Part shown: positions 25,680 through 35,660 of the stretch, one piece after another
Layout: each line of letters begins with the position of its first letter
Position numbering within the stretch: position 1 is the first letter of the stretch
IMG/VR virus record: IMGVR_UViG_3300044719_000150
Reading direction: 5' to 3' (one strand)
From: a virus
Lineage: Duplodnaviria > Heunggongvirae > Uroviricota > Caudoviricetes
Length of the DNA stretch: 64,000 nucleotides
The notes under the pieces: model-generated
What the model saw: only the letters and a program-made list of their open reading frames with translations
What the model was told of the DNA's origin: nothing
Databases searched by the model: none
Translations under genes and position numbers: made by a program

Positions 25680-26290
25680 CGCCGAGGCTCCTTCAGCTCT
25701 TCCCAGTACATCATTCGCCTTCGCCGTCGAGCGTTCCTGGAGAACAGTCCGAGCGCGCGCTACCTGGTGGCCCGCCGAGGCTCCTTGGTGGTGCGCCACT
25801 GCGAGGCACGCCCGCAGAGGCCGCGCCGGGCTCCTTCTGATCTTTCCGGAATATGATGGCGATCAACTTCGACCGCTACCGCGTCTTCACCTGGGACGGG
25901 TTCGTGCGCCTGTGGTGCGAGGAGTGTTACACCGAGGGCGATGAGCTGCACCTGTGGTCCGAGACGGCCGAGCCGGTCTCCCTCCTGGAGTTCATCGCGT
26001 ACGCGGCCGAGCATGAGCTGGCTTGCCACGAGAGCTCGCAAGACCGTTTCCGTCGGCGACAGGAGGAGCGCATCCTGGCCTCCTTCGCGGACGGTGACCA
26101 TCCTTTGGAGTCGATTTCGGAGGGTGACCCTCCTTTGGAGTGATTCCAAAACGCCCTCCTTTTCTGGTCGCGCGAGGCTCCTTCACTCTTTCCTGAATAT
26201 TATTCGGTCGGGCTCCTTCTGGGCTCCTTCAGTTAACTTTCTTAGCTATTATTCAGGCTCCTTCAGTCCTTTCCTGAGCTATATACAGCC
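25680..26290 (+). repeat. cluster of >=9 direct repeats GGCTCCTTC / CCCTCCTTT (anti-Shine-Dalgarno-like CCTCCTT core) interspersed with AT-rich elements (AATATTATTC, AGCTATTATTC, GCTATATACAG)
   Basis: Counted directly; copies in both intergenic segments flanking ORF 25853..26143. Confidence 0.6.
25853..26143 (+). CDS. hypothetical protein
   Basis: 96-aa ORF flanked by the repeat cluster; no obvious RBS. Confidence 0.4.
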   Translation: MMAINFDRYRVFTWDGFVRLWCEECYTEGDELHLWSETAEPVSLLEFIAYAAEHELACHESSQDRFRRRQEERILASFADGDHPLESISEGDPPLE

Positions 26291-26808
26291 TCGCCCCGGC
26301 CGCCCCCACCGGCCGCCGGGCCCGCGCTGGCGATCATGGTCGCCCGCCGCTCCTCGGTCTCCGCCTCGATACGTCCACCGGCGGATGTAAACCACTGGAT
26401 ATCAATTCCGTTGTGGTCCAACAGGGCGTGTACGGCTCTGGACATACTCCACCCGTCGTTAATAGCCTGGCGCCATGGAGTGAACAGATTGGCGATCGGA
26501 CCGTGATGCGCCGGGGCGTACCCTCCCGCGCACTCGATCACGTGGCCCAGGGCGTACGGGCCCAGGGAAGCGACCCATACCCGCGCGCCGGTACGGCGGT
26601 ACAGCCGGAGCCTGACGATCGGCCGGTGCGCCTCGCGTATGTGGCCCAGTGCGCCGTCATAGGCGCCCGGCAGTGTGCGGGAGCGCCCTCCACGGCCACA
26701 GTCGGCGCGGCTGCATTTCCAGTGCCACACGGCGCCGAACGGGTACACGCGTGCCCGGTATTGGGCGAGTAGGTCTCTAAGCGTGGCGTCCCTCCAATCT
26801 CTAGGCAT
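26263..26808 (-). CDS. hypothetical protein (atypical codon usage; start uncertain)
   Basis: 181-aa ORF; its ATG directly abuts the CTGGCGCCCCGTCAAGG motif. Confidence 0.35.
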   Translation of the reverse strand: MPRDWRDATLRDLLAQYRARVYPFGAVWHWKCSRADCGRGGRSRTLPGAYDGALGHIREAHRPIVRLRLYRRTGARVWVASLGPYALGHVIECAGGYAPAHHGPIANLFTPWRQAINDGWSMSRAVHALLDHNGIDIQWFTSAGGRIEAETEERRATMIASAGPAAGGGGRGEAVYSSGKD

Positions 26809-26810
26809 CC

Positions 26811-26838
26811 TTGACGGGGCGCCAGGGCGCCCCTGGGG
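26811..26838 (+). promoter_or_regulatory. inverted copy of the TTGACGGGGCGCCAG element embedded in a perfect hairpin GGGGCGCC-AG-GGCGCCCC
   Basis: Read directly; no -10 element 17 bp downstream; may act as a terminator or operator rather than a promoter. Confidence 0.4.
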
Positions 26839-27085
26839 CGCGTTCAGGGTGCGAGGCAGCTTACCCTACGCGCAACGAAAGATCTTGCCTCTACGGCGCT
26901 CTGCGCGCCTCGCCCGAATCCGAGCATGCCTAGGCGCCGTACCCGCCTCGCAGGTACGGCATCATGTCGGCGCTCACATCGGTGCCTACGCTCGATTGCT
27001 CTGCCTCCCGTCCGTCGTCTCGGTACCGCACACACAAGCCGTAACGCGCGCCCCTGGGAGCGCGCGCTACAGCCACCGTGAGCGG

Positions 27086-27766
27086 TTAGAAGTCCACGCG
27101 CCCCGCGAGGCTACGCAGGGCCACGGCAAGCCACCGGCGGGCCCGCTGACGGCGCGTTACGGCTGGTGTCGGCTCCGGCGCCGGAAGGGTGCGCGGGTCG
27201 GGCTGTGCCTCCTGACTGCCGGAGAGTACGCGGTAGGTCCCTTCGGACACGTACGCAAGCGGCATGTGCGCCCAGGATTCGCCCGGATAGGGTGTGTGCA
27301 TGATCAGGTACGGGTCACCTTCGGCCGGAGTGACGCGCCGGACCGTCATGGCGAACGCGCCGCGCGGGTCGCCTACGCTGATCGTCACCGTGGCGGAGTC
27401 GTCGCGCGCGTCAACGTCGATGGCGCAGGAGTTCAGCCAATCCAGCGCGGGAGCCACGGGCGAGTGTGCGCCGAAGGTCTCGCGCGTGTAGTGGTCCTCG
27501 CCCCCGTCGTTCCCGTCCAGCGGGCAGTCCGGTCCGCAGTCGGGCCACTCGTCGCCATCGTGCGCGTACCCGTCGGAGTTCTCCGGGCACTCGGTTTCGC
27601 CGCTCTCGTCGGTGCCATCCTCGTCCACCGGCGCGTCGCAGTGCTCGCACCGGTGGCTGCAACTGTCGCCGTAGTCGCTCTCCACCTGCACACGGAAACC
27701 TTCGGACGCGTACAGCTCGGAATCGACCCAATCACCATTGACCGAAAGCGCCATCATGTCGGACAT
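27086..27766 (-). CDS. hypothetical acidic Cys-rich protein
   Basis: RBS CAGGAGG before the ATG at 27766 (MSDMMALSV...). Confidence 0.55.
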   Translation of the reverse strand: MSDMMALSVNGDWVDSELYASEGFRVQVESDYGDSCSHRCEHCDAPVDEDGTDESGETECPENSDGYAHDGDEWPDCGPDCPLDGNDGGEDHYTRETFGAHSPVAPALDWLNSCAIDVDARDDSATVTISVGDPRGAFAMTVRRVTPAEGDPYLIMHTPYPGESWAHMPLAYVSEGTYRVLSGSQEAQPDPRTLPAPEPTPAVTRRQRARRWLAVALRSLAGRVDF

Positions 27767-27853
27767 GCGTACCTCCTGAGTAAGAGTTCTCCGATACTCC
27801 ACCGGAGAGCACGGCACACGGAACGGGCCCGCGTGCCATGCGAACCGGTCGGC

Positions 27854-28405
27854 TCAGTCCAGCCACCCTGTTGCAGCTTCCCGCACACCGGCAAGCCACG
27901 TACCGCAACCGTCGCACTGCGACCGGCTGAACTCGTCCCGCTCGCAGTCGCACTCGAAATCGCCCGGTAGCGGCGCGTGCGTGCCGTAGATGTTGACCGG
28001 ACATGCGGAGTCGTGCTCCTCGGCAAGCGACCCTAGGGTGATGTGGTCGCCCTCCAGGCGCCTCATAAGGCCGCTAGGGTGCTGCTCTCCGTCGTCAGGG
28101 CACTGGCACGGGTCACCATTCGCAAGCATGATCATGCAGCACCCGCACAGTTCCACCGTGTAGTAACGGGCAGGGTCGCAGGGTGGCTCAGGCTCGATCA
28201 GTTCGAACCGGGCCCGGAACGCCCCTTTGCCCATGGTGGAGGGCATGGCGCACGGTACGCCGATCGAGTGGCGCTCTGAGCACTGGATAGTGTCGAGATT
28301 CACGGCGCGGTATTCGACGTCCCAGGGGCGAACGATCGTCAGCGGGTCGTCACGGTCGGCGTAGTACCGGTCAACCAAAATCGGCTTACGGGCCATGCGA
28401 ATCAC
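27854..28405 (-). CDS. hypothetical Cys-rich protein
   Basis: 183-aa ORF. Confidence 0.55.
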   Translation of the reverse strand: MIRMARKPILVDRYYADRDDPLTIVRPWDVEYRAVNLDTIQCSERHSIGVPCAMPSTMGKGAFRARFELIEPEPPCDPARYYTVELCGCCMIMLANGDPCQCPDDGEQHPSGLMRRLEGDHITLGSLAEEHDSACPVNIYGTHAPLPGDFECDCERDEFSRSQCDGCGTWLAGVREAATGWLD

Positions 28406-28482
28406 TTCCCTTCGGTTTCCGATATCGGACTGAATACCGGCCGGTTAGGGCGCCTCGCGCGAGGCGCCCCCCGGTCGCCTAC

Positions 28483-29633
28483 TCAGGCGAGTTGCTTGCA
28501 GCGGGTCAGGACGGTCGCCTTAATGCCGTTGTACTCGTCCAGCTTCTTCACGGTGCCCTTAATGGTCACCGTGACTCCGGTTTCTTCGCCCAGGGCCGGG
28601 CGCGAGGCGAACCACTTGACGACGGCGCCGGTTTCCCCGTTGCGGATCGTGTAGAGCGCAGTGCTACCGAAATCGTTCTCCAGCCACCGAAGGGACTCGA
28701 TCACACCGGTAAAGGAAGCGATCTTGTCACCTTCGGCGCCGATCCACTCAGACAGTTTGCTTTCCTTGGCCCGGCGCACAAGGTCACGCTCGGTTGCGCG
28801 GGCCCAGGCTTGCGGCGCTGATGCCAGGATGCCCAGGTAACGCGCGGTCACCAGGTCACCAGCCGCAATCGCCTTAAGGTTGATCACGTACTCGGAATTG
28901 CCGTTGAACGCGTCGGAGAGCAGAAACGCGCGCAACTCCTGGGCCCGCTCCATTGCCTCATCCGCAAGCGGACGCATCCGGTCCGCAAACTCACGATCGT
29001 AACGGTTGCGCCCAGGGTTCAGGACCGTACGCACGGCGGAAACCGTGGAGTTGCTGTATCCGCTACGGACGAAACCGTACGCCTTCACTACGGCCCATGC
29101 GATAGCGAGCACTGATTCAACCGTGTAGACGCGCTCACCGTACGCCCCGCACCAGTCGCCTAGTTCGGATTCTTCCGGAGCGTCCAGCCATGCAATGCTG
29201 GCGGACCAGCCAAGGAAGTCCTTAAGGCACGTGCTACCGACTTGCAGCTGTCGCCCGTCCGCGTGGCGCACGAGGTAGGTAACCTTGCGGTCGCGCACGG
29301 TCTTGCAGTGGTCGCACCAGCCCTCGCGCACGGTGCTGCGGTCCACGCTCTCAACGCCCGGCGCCGTGGCGACGATCAGACCAGCAAACTCGTCCCAATC
29401 GAGCCGCGCCGCGAAAGTCCAGTCACCGTACTTCGGCGCCTCGCCCGTGATCGAGCACTCAAACGCGCTGTACTCCACAGTGAAGCCAAACGCGTTCGTT
29501 TCGGTCACGGTGACCGGCTCCGCTGTCAACTCCAGGCGCCCTGCCAGGCCACGGCGCGCGGCGCGCTCGTTGATCTTGGCGAACTTCGCGCGCGTCGCTT
29601 CGACCTGATCGGCAGAGAGCTGGACGGTCATGA
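28483..29633 (-). CDS. hypothetical protein (383 aa)
   Basis: ATG at 29633 with RBS GAAGGGAAA and GATCATG context; preceded by the sigma70-like promoter at 29669-29697. Confidence 0.65.
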
Positions 29634-29668
29634 TCGTTTCCCTTCGGTTGACTGACCTTGCAACGCAT

Positions 29669-29697
29669 ACGCTAGTCGCGCACTGGCGCCCCGTCAA
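29669..29697 (-). promoter_or_regulatory. sigma70-like promoter: -35 TTGACG, 17-nt spacer, -10 TAGCGT
   Basis: Minus-strand reading GACTTGACGGGGCGCCAGTGCGCGACTAGCGTATGCG; ~35-nt leader to the ATG. Confidence 0.6.
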
Positions 29698-29727
29698 GTC
29701 GCATGGCGAGGCGCCTCGCGTCGCAGG

Positions 29728-30132
29728 TCAGGACTTGCGGGCCCGCATGGTCACACACTGCCAGTCGGCATTGTGCGCGCCGTACCATTCGCGACCGTCC
29801 GGAGTGACCGCGCGCACGTACTCCATGCGCCAGTCGCCCTGCCGGTCACTCCACCGGCGTGGGCCCTTCCATAGCGCCGTCACCGTGGCGAGAGTGCCAC
29901 CGGTCCACGTAGTCAGCGTCCGGCCGGTTTCGCTGACGTACGCGCCGAACCGGTCGGCGCCGTCAGCGATTGCCTGACGCTCCCGCGCGTCAGCACACGC
30001 GTAGCACAGCGTCTCACCGGTCGGGCCCCAGGTGGCGTATCCGGTGCCAACCGAGGCAAGCGCCGTGCCCGGCTCCGATACGGTCGGCGCGTGTCCGCAC
30101 GACAGGATCGTCTCGGAAGTGATCTTGTTCAT
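29728..30132 (-). CDS. hypothetical protein
   Basis: RBS GTGAGGAC; CTGATCATG start. Confidence 0.55.
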   Translation of the reverse strand: MNKITSETILSCGHAPTVSEPGTALASVGTGYATWGPTGETLCYACADARERQAIADGADRFGAYVSETGRTLTTWTGGTLATVTALWKGPRRWSDRQGDWRMEYVRAVTPDGREWYGAHNADWQCVTMRARKS

Positions 30133-30134
30133 GA

Positions 30135-30527
30135 TCAGTTGTCCTCACAGTCGCAGAGTTCTGAGATGGTGAAGCCGTAACCGGCTGGTGAGTGCGCCGT
30201 ACCGGGGAACGTCCGGGCGAACCCTTCGGCGCCTCGGTAGGTCGCTAGCGCCGTCCGCACCGTCGCGTCCGGGTATTTGTCGAATACCGCTTGCAGGACG
30301 TCTCGGAACGCGTGCCAACAGGCCCAGGGACCGCGCCGACCGGAGCCGCTACGGCGGGAACCGGGCGCCCCCGTCTCGGAATCGATCTTGACTCGGAACG
30401 TGTTGCCGTTGCGCGTCTCACTGACCGGCTCGATATCCACCGTGAGCACGTACCCGCGCACACGCGCGGCGTAATCGACCAGACTGCGCAGGTCACCGGC
30501 CGTCAAGTCTTTCGCGCGAATGATCAT
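30135..30527 (-). CDS. hypothetical protein
   Basis: RBS GGGAGGC; ATGATCATT start. Confidence 0.55.
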   Translation of the reverse strand: MIIRAKDLTAGDLRSLVDYAARVRGYVLTVDIEPVSETRNGNTFRVKIDSETGAPGSRRSGSGRRGPWACWHAFRDVLQAVFDKYPDATVRTALATYRGAEGFARTFPGTAHSPAGYGFTISELCDCEDN

Positions 30528-30529
30528 GG

Positions 30530-30919
30530 TTAGAAGCCTCCCGTCCGGGGACCAAAGGGCGAGTGCGGACTGTCCGACTGTCCAGCCTGAGAGCGCCGGG
30601 CCATGACGCTGACGCGCTCTCCGGACCGGTCGGCGCCGGTCAGGGCGTACTCGACTCCGCGCTGATGATTCGACGTGGTTACCGAGTAGGTCACCGGCGG
30701 AATGCGCCATGTCCCGTCCGGTCGGCGCCACGCAATCGGAGTGTCGTAACTCCGGATCACGTAGTCGGCGCCGGAGTTACGGAACTCGGTACGGTACGGC
30801 TCCGGAAGTTCTCCGCAGTCTCCGAAGTACGGAGCCGGGCCACCGTGCAAGTTACTGCGCCCCTCCCGGAAATAGGTGTCACGCTCGATACCTTCTGTCA
30901 ATGTCTTGGCATCCGCCAT
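30530..30919 (-). CDS. hypothetical protein
   Basis: RBS AAAGGAG; GATCATG start. Confidence 0.55.
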   Translation of the reverse strand: MADAKTLTEGIERDTYFREGRSNLHGGPAPYFGDCGELPEPYRTEFRNSGADYVIRSYDTPIAWRRPDGTWRIPPVTYSVTTSNHQRGVEYALTGADRSGERVSVMARRSQAGQSDSPHSPFGPRTGGF

Positions 30920-30999
30920 GATCATCTCCTTTGTCAGTGTCCTGATTGGACATGGAACCGGGCCGACCGGATGCGACCGGCCCGGAACCAAACCCACGA

Positions 31000-32661
31000 T
31001 CAGAACTCGTCCAGCACGTATCGGTACTCTCCGCACAGTTCACACTCGGAGACGTGCTCCCGGATACGCTCCCGGTCCGGAGTGCTGTTGTAGTGGCGCG
31101 CGGTGTCGAAGATCAGGAAAATCCCGTCACACTCACCGGTGGGAAACGCATCCTCAATCGCGGCCATGCACAGCCGCTCATACTCGCGCGCCATCTCATC
31201 CCAGCGGGCCCGCGCGTCGCGCTCCGACTCGAAACCCTCGGCGTAGATGAATCCCTGCGAGTCGCACGACATGATGCCGTGCCACGGCGCCGAGATGAAC
31301 AGCGAGTGATGTCCGAAACCGACGCCGGAGTCACCCATGGCGTCGGATTCGCATCCGTCCATAGAGATATCCCAGAGCCGTTCCGCCAGTCCGTTGCTGA
31401 ACCTCTCGGACGTGGGAGGCCAATTGCACGGATCGGCGTAGTAGCGCCATTCCTCGTCCGAGATACCGAGCGAGCGCGCGTTCACCGGCCGGACGTTGTA
31501 ACCGATGCCCAGCAGGGCCCGCACCGGCGCGTCAGCGTCGCTACCCTCCACGGGCGTGAACTCCAACAGCGTCCCGTCATCCGCGCGGTACACGATGATG
31601 CCCAGGGCGCCGGTTGACTCGTTGTCCACGGTGACCGCGTACACGTCCACATCGGGCCAGTAGGGCGACGGCTCGAAACCGTCCGGCAGGGCCACCGGCT
31701 CCGGCGCGAGAGCGGCGCGCACGCCGTTGAACTGGTCGGCGGCGATGCTGAGCCACTTGGTTTCGCTGTGAGCGGATGTGATCTTGACCGCGTAGGCGCC
31801 ATGATCGTTCGCCACTCTGGACAACTGGGCACGCTCATACCAGTACGGGTCAGCTTGAATAGCGCGCTCCCGCCTGACTTGCGCAATGGATTCAATCCAT
31901 TGAATCGCGTTCGGTTCACCCTGCGAGTCCTGACGCGCTGCGATCAGGGCCAGCTGATCGGCGCTGTATCCGTCGCTTCCCTCGATCATCTCGCGCCAAC
32001 CGGGGAAGTGATCGTTTAGCCACGCCTCGCCCCGCGTGATGTCAGCCGCGCGGGAGTCGAGCGCCGCAAGGTGCCCAAACGGGTCGCTCTGCGCCTCGCT
32101 GACGGCCGGAGCCGCGCCGGTGGCAGTCTCGGGCGCCGGAGCCGCTGAAATGGCCGGAGCGTCGCTCTGGGCGGTTTCCGGGATGAGTCCACAGTTCCGG
32201 GCCCATTCGGTACGGTGCGCCCGGCAAGCGGCGTACGCGTCCAGCGGATCGGCGTGTGAGCTGATCGTCTCGCGCTCGAAAAACGCCGTGTATCCAGGCG
32301 CGTTCCATGCCTTGCCAACCGTGTAGCGCGCGTCCGGAACGCTATCCGGGTGTACGCCACTCGGGACTACTGCCACGATGCGCGCGCCGGTGGACTCCCG
32401 CACGATGCGTGCGAGCAACGTACCGCCGTGCCAGAGTTCGAAGTACGCGATTCGGTTGCGCTTCCACTCGGTACGCACGCCGACCGGAGCCGACTGCGTA
32501 CGCTGAATCCAGCCGGACGCAATTCCGGCACTCCGGCCGGTCGCCCAAACCGCAGTGTCGTATTCGCCCGTCTCGGCGAACAGGCGGTCGTATTCGCGCG
32601 TGTCCGCGCTGTACTGGCGCAACATCTCGCCCCGCGCGTTGAATGCGTGCAAGTAATACAT
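31000..32661 (-). CDS. hypothetical protein (553 aa)
   Basis: ATG (MYYLHAF...) preceded by CAGGAGG; the longer upstream extension to 32703 has no RBS. Confidence 0.6.
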   Translation of the reverse strand: MYYLHAFNARGEMLRQYSADTREYDRLFAETGEYDTAVWATGRSAGIASGWIQRTQSAPVGVRTEWKRNRIAYFELWHGGTLLARIVRESTGARIVAVVPSGVHPDSVPDARYTVGKAWNAPGYTAFFERETISSHADPLDAYAACRAHRTEWARNCGLIPETAQSDAPAISAAPAPETATGAAPAVSEAQSDPFGHLAALDSRAADITRGEAWLNDHFPGWREMIEGSDGYSADQLALIAARQDSQGEPNAIQWIESIAQVRRERAIQADPYWYERAQLSRVANDHGAYAVKITSAHSETKWLSIAADQFNGVRAALAPEPVALPDGFEPSPYWPDVDVYAVTVDNESTGALGIIVYRADDGTLLEFTPVEGSDADAPVRALLGIGYNVRPVNARSLGISDEEWRYYADPCNWPPTSERFSNGLAERLWDISMDGCESDAMGDSGVGFGHHSLFISAPWHGIMSCDSQGFIYAEGFESERDARARWDEMAREYERLCMAAIEDAFPTGECDGIFLIFDTARHYNSTPDRERIREHVSECELCGEYRYVLDEF

Positions 32662-32739
32662 CTCAGCCTCCTGAGTTGGCATCATCAGGCCAGCGGGAAT
32701 CACCCGGCTGACGACGGGCCACGGTGGGCCCGTTTCGCC

Positions 32740-32976
32740 CTAGGCTGTCAGCGCGCGGTAGGTCGTGACTGCCTCGCGGGCCCAGGGCTCCGAACCGTGC
32801 GCGTGCCCGGACTGGTCCGCCAGCATTCCGGCGCTCTGCGCCACGCTTTCCCACGCGGAGCCGGTGACCGCGCTCACGATGCGAGACCATGCCTCGCGCA
32901 TGCTCTCACCGGTGCCGGTGACCGCGCGGCGCGGCGCGTTTCCGCCTCGCAGGGCGTTGCCATTCTTGCGTCCCAT
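32740..32976 (-). CDS. hypothetical small protein
   Basis: RBS GATAGGAG; CTGATCATG start; promoter at 33012-33040. Confidence 0.45.
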   Translation of the reverse strand: MGRKNGNALRGGNAPRRAVTGTGESMREAWSRIVSAVTGSAWESVAQSAGMLADQSGHAHGSEPWAREAVTTYRALTA

Positions 32977-33011
32977 GATCAGACTCCTATCGTCTCGGTA
33001 TTGCTCGGCTT

Positions 33012-33040
33012 ACGTTAGTCGGGTACTGGCGCCCCGTCAA
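33012..33040 (-). promoter_or_regulatory. sigma70-like promoter: -35 TTGACG, 17 nt, -10 TAACGT
   Basis: Minus-strand reading GCTTGACGGGGCGCCAGTACCCGACTAACGTAAGCC. Confidence 0.6.
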
Positions 33041-33041
33041 G

Positions 33042-33524
33042 CTACTCCGGAATGCCGTTCTGCCGGGCGTACGTCACCTGATCGTCCGACGGGTACAGTG
33101 CGCCGATCACGCGCGACTCGTTCGGCGCGTACGGGCCCGCATACAGCGCTTCGACGCGTGCCCGGATCAGGCGTAGGGCCGTCTCCGCCGTTTCCGCGCG
33201 CTCCCGCCAGTGATCCATAAGGCTGGACGCGATGGAGACGTTTTCCTGCGCCGAGTGCAACATCAGGCGCGTCGCCAGATTGCGCGCCCCCTCGTCCGGG
33301 ATATCGTCCACGGTCGGCAGGGTGGAGAACGGGCCGTAGTTGAGTACGGCATCCTCAGCGCTCATAGCGGACGATCCGCCTAGCGTGCCGTCTGATGCCA
33401 CCGGAATGAGCCACCGACCGCGCGCCGTGCCGATCACGTGCCAGTGGTCGCCCGATGCGTCAGCGATGATCGTTCCGGCCGGAAGTGTCTCGATATCGTC
33501 GAGCGTCAGTTCTCTGATTGCCAC
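33042..33524 (-). CDS. hypothetical protein
   Basis: GTG start overlapping the upstream TGA. Confidence 0.5.
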   Translation of the reverse strand: MAIRELTLDDIETLPAGTIIADASGDHWHVIGTARGRWLIPVASDGTLGGSSAMSAEDAVLNYGPFSTLPTVDDIPDEGARNLATRLMLHSAQENVSIASSLMDHWRERAETAETALRLIRARVEALYAGPYAPNESRVIGALYPSDDQVTYARQNGIPE

Positions 33525-33527
33525 GGT

Positions 33528-33989
33528 TCACGCGCCCAGGGCGTTGCGGCCCGCGATCGTGAGCACGATGCGCCGACCAGTGCGGCCGTTGTCCAGCATG
33601 GCGCGCGAGGCGCCGTTCACGCGGAGCATGCCCGCGCTGATCAGCTCCCGAATGCGCTCCCGCATGACGTCCGCCTGCGTGCCGTAGACGTTGCCGCTGT
33701 TGTCCACGTGGAAGTGTCGCCCGGACGAGTGGATCAGGCGCAAGGTGTCGTTTCCGTCCGGCTCCGGCTGGACCGGCTCCGGCGCCACGGTCGGCGCCGA
33801 CTCGCCCATCTCGCGGATGATCTTGGCGCAGGACTTGCACGTGATCGCCCCGTCCACGGACAGGTACGGACGCGACCCACCGGCCGGACGGCACAGCGTC
33901 GCGTGGGGATCGGTGCCTGCCTCCCGCCCGTGGACGGCATTCGAACCGATGAGGGAAACGCTGATGATGATCTTGGACATGTTGATCAA
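33528..33989 (-). CDS. hypothetical protein
   Basis: 153-aa ORF; start at 33989 or 33977. Confidence 0.5.
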   Translation of the reverse strand: MINMSKIIISVSLIGSNAVHGREAGTDPHATLCRPAGGSRPYLSVDGAITCKSCAKIIREMGESAPTVAPEPVQPEPDGNDTLRLIHSSGRHFHVDNSGNVYGTQADVMRERIRELISAGMLRVNGASRAMLDNGRTGRRIVLTIAGRNALGA

Positions 33990-34072
33990 CTCCAGGTGAG
34001 TTAGTGTTCTGATTCCGGCTGACTACCGGTGGCTGGAATGCGGACCAGGGCCCGCACTCCGCCATCTAGCGG

Positions 34073-34603
34073 TCAGAAACGGAGCAAGTTCTCCAGGGCC
34101 GGACAGTTGTCCGGCTGATCGGCCCGGAAATCCTCGTCCTGAATCCCGGCAGCCTCCAACAGGGCGTTGTACTCGTCCCACGCATCTTCAGCCGCGAGGC
34201 ACGCGCCGCATGACTCGTAACCATCGCACGTGCACGGCGCGTCACTCACAGCGTTAGCGTGATCGAAAGCGGCCTGCACCTGCGCCATGGCGCCCGAACC
34301 GGGGACCGGCGCCGACTCGTCCGACTCCGGAGCCGGGCCGACGTACGCGATTGCGTACCGGGCGACCCATGCGTTAACGCTGTTCTGCGCTTCGGCCGGA
34401 ATCGGGCCCGTGTAGATGATCTTGCAGCCGAGAAAGATCGTGATCTTGCCCTGGTACGCTTCGGCGGTCACGTGCTGGCCATCGATGTAGAGCGGCTTAG
34501 CGTCGCGCAGACTGGTCGCGCCCGGCGCACTCGGCTCATAGTGGACGTGTCCGACCGGAGCCGGGGCGATGTCGCTCGCGGGAGCCTCGCGGTACTCGAT
34601 CAT
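34073..34603 (-). CDS. hypothetical protein
   Basis: RBS GAAGGGTCAGG; GGATCATGATC start; promoter at 34642-34671. Confidence 0.55.
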   Translation of the reverse strand: MIEYREAPASDIAPAPVGHVHYEPSAPGATSLRDAKPLYIDGQHVTAEAYQGKITIFLGCKIIYTGPIPAEAQNSVNAWVARYAIAYVGPAPESDESAPVPGSGAMAQVQAAFDHANAVSDAPCTCDGYESCGACLAAEDAWDEYNALLEAAGIQDEDFRADQPDNCPALENLLRF

Positions 34604-34641
34604 GATCCTGACCCTTCGTCGTATCCAACCTTGCGACGCTT

Positions 34642-34671
34642 ACGTTAGTACCTCGACTGGCGCCCCGTCAA
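34642..34671 (-). promoter_or_regulatory. sigma70-like promoter: -35 TTGACG, 18 nt, -10 TAACGT
   Basis: Minus-strand reading GACTTGACGGGGCGCCAGTCGAGGTACTAACGTAAGCG. Confidence 0.55.
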
Positions 34672-34674
34672 GTC

Positions 34675-34872
34675 CTACGGCTTAGGGCGAATGCGAACGG
34701 CCGTCACCAGTCCGGGCCATGCCGCGCTGAACGCTTCCGGCGCGTTGAACTGTGCGAACGTGGCGTCAAAGTCGTCTCGGACCGCTTGCGCCGTCGCCTC
34801 CAGGTCGTACTCGCGGGCCCAGGCGTCTACGTCCACGGTGAATGTGATCTCTTGTTTGATCTTGATTTCCAT
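34675..34872 (-). CDS. hypothetical small protein
   Basis: RBS GGAG; GATCATG start. Confidence 0.5.
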   Translation of the reverse strand: MEIKIKQEITFTVDVDAWAREYDLEATAQAVRDDFDATFAQFNAPEAFSAAWPGLVTAVRIRPKP

Positions 34873-34884
34873 GATCGACTCCGA

Positions 34885-35274
34885 TCAGTAGTAGACGTGT
34901 CCGAAAGCGGCCCATTGCATGACCTCGTCTGCCGTGCACGCATCGAAATCGCACGCGTCACGATCGATCAGGAATAGGGCGCACTGACGCATGGTCTCCA
35001 GTCCTGCCGAGTCCAACAGGCCAGGCTTATATCCGGTCAGCGCGTACTCGATCCAGCCGCGCGCCAGAGTGCCTACGGCGCTCATGATGTGATCGTGGTC
35101 GAGCGTGTAAACGCGCTCCGGATTGTCTTGCGGGCCCGCGCAACCGTCGCGCACGGTGATCAGCCACGCGTCCGCCTCGGAGTTGTCCTCCACGATGTCC
35201 CAGTGCCCGTATTGCAGGGCGCCGGAGCCGACGAAGTGATCGCACGTGTCCGTACCGGTGATCTTGGTCTGCAT
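34885..35274 (-). CDS. hypothetical protein
   Basis: RBS GAGAGGAAA; CTGATCATG start. Confidence 0.55.
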   Translation of the reverse strand: MQTKITGTDTCDHFVGSGALQYGHWDIVEDNSEADAWLITVRDGCAGPQDNPERVYTLDHDHIMSAVGTLARGWIEYALTGYKPGLLDSAGLETMRQCALFLIDRDACDFDACTADEVMQWAAFGHVYY

Positions 35275-35276
35275 GA

Positions 35277-35660
35277 TCAGATTTCCTCTCGATAGGCCAG
35301 GAGCCAACCGTCCGACTCATGCGGCTCCGGCAGGGACGGAATCAGGGCGACCCAATAACCGGGCGTGGCCCAAATGTGATCTTCGAGCGCGCCCCCGATG
35401 TACTCGGACGCGTGCATAAAGGCGCCGTTGTAAGAGTACTGACCCGTCCAGCCGGTCAAGATCTCCCAGCCCTGGGCGCGCGCTTGCTCGATCATCGCGG
35501 ACTCATGCTCTGGCAGGATCGAGCCGCAATCGTCGTCAAGACAGTCGCAGTCCAACTCCGGCGCGTACACACCAGGGTTACTGTCCACGGTGCCATCCGG
35601 CAGGATGCGAATCACGTGATCGAATCCCATAAGGTCGTTAAGGGTCGTTTCCCTCATGAT
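35277..35660 (-). CDS. hypothetical protein
   Basis: RBS CCGAGGAG; ATGATCATG start. Confidence 0.55.
   Translation of the reverse strand: MMRETTLNDLMGFDHVIRILPDGTVDSNPGVYAPELDCDCLDDDCGSILPEHESAMIEQARAQGWEILTGWTGQYSYNGAFMHASEYIGGALEDHIWATPGYWVALIPSLPEPHESDGWLLAYREEI

Noticed and set aside
25680-26290. Possible CRISPR array because of repeated GGCTCCTTC units
   Set aside because: The repeats are only 9-11 bp, irregularly spaced and partly degenerate. No cas genes are present. The structure is iteron-like rather than CRISPR-like.
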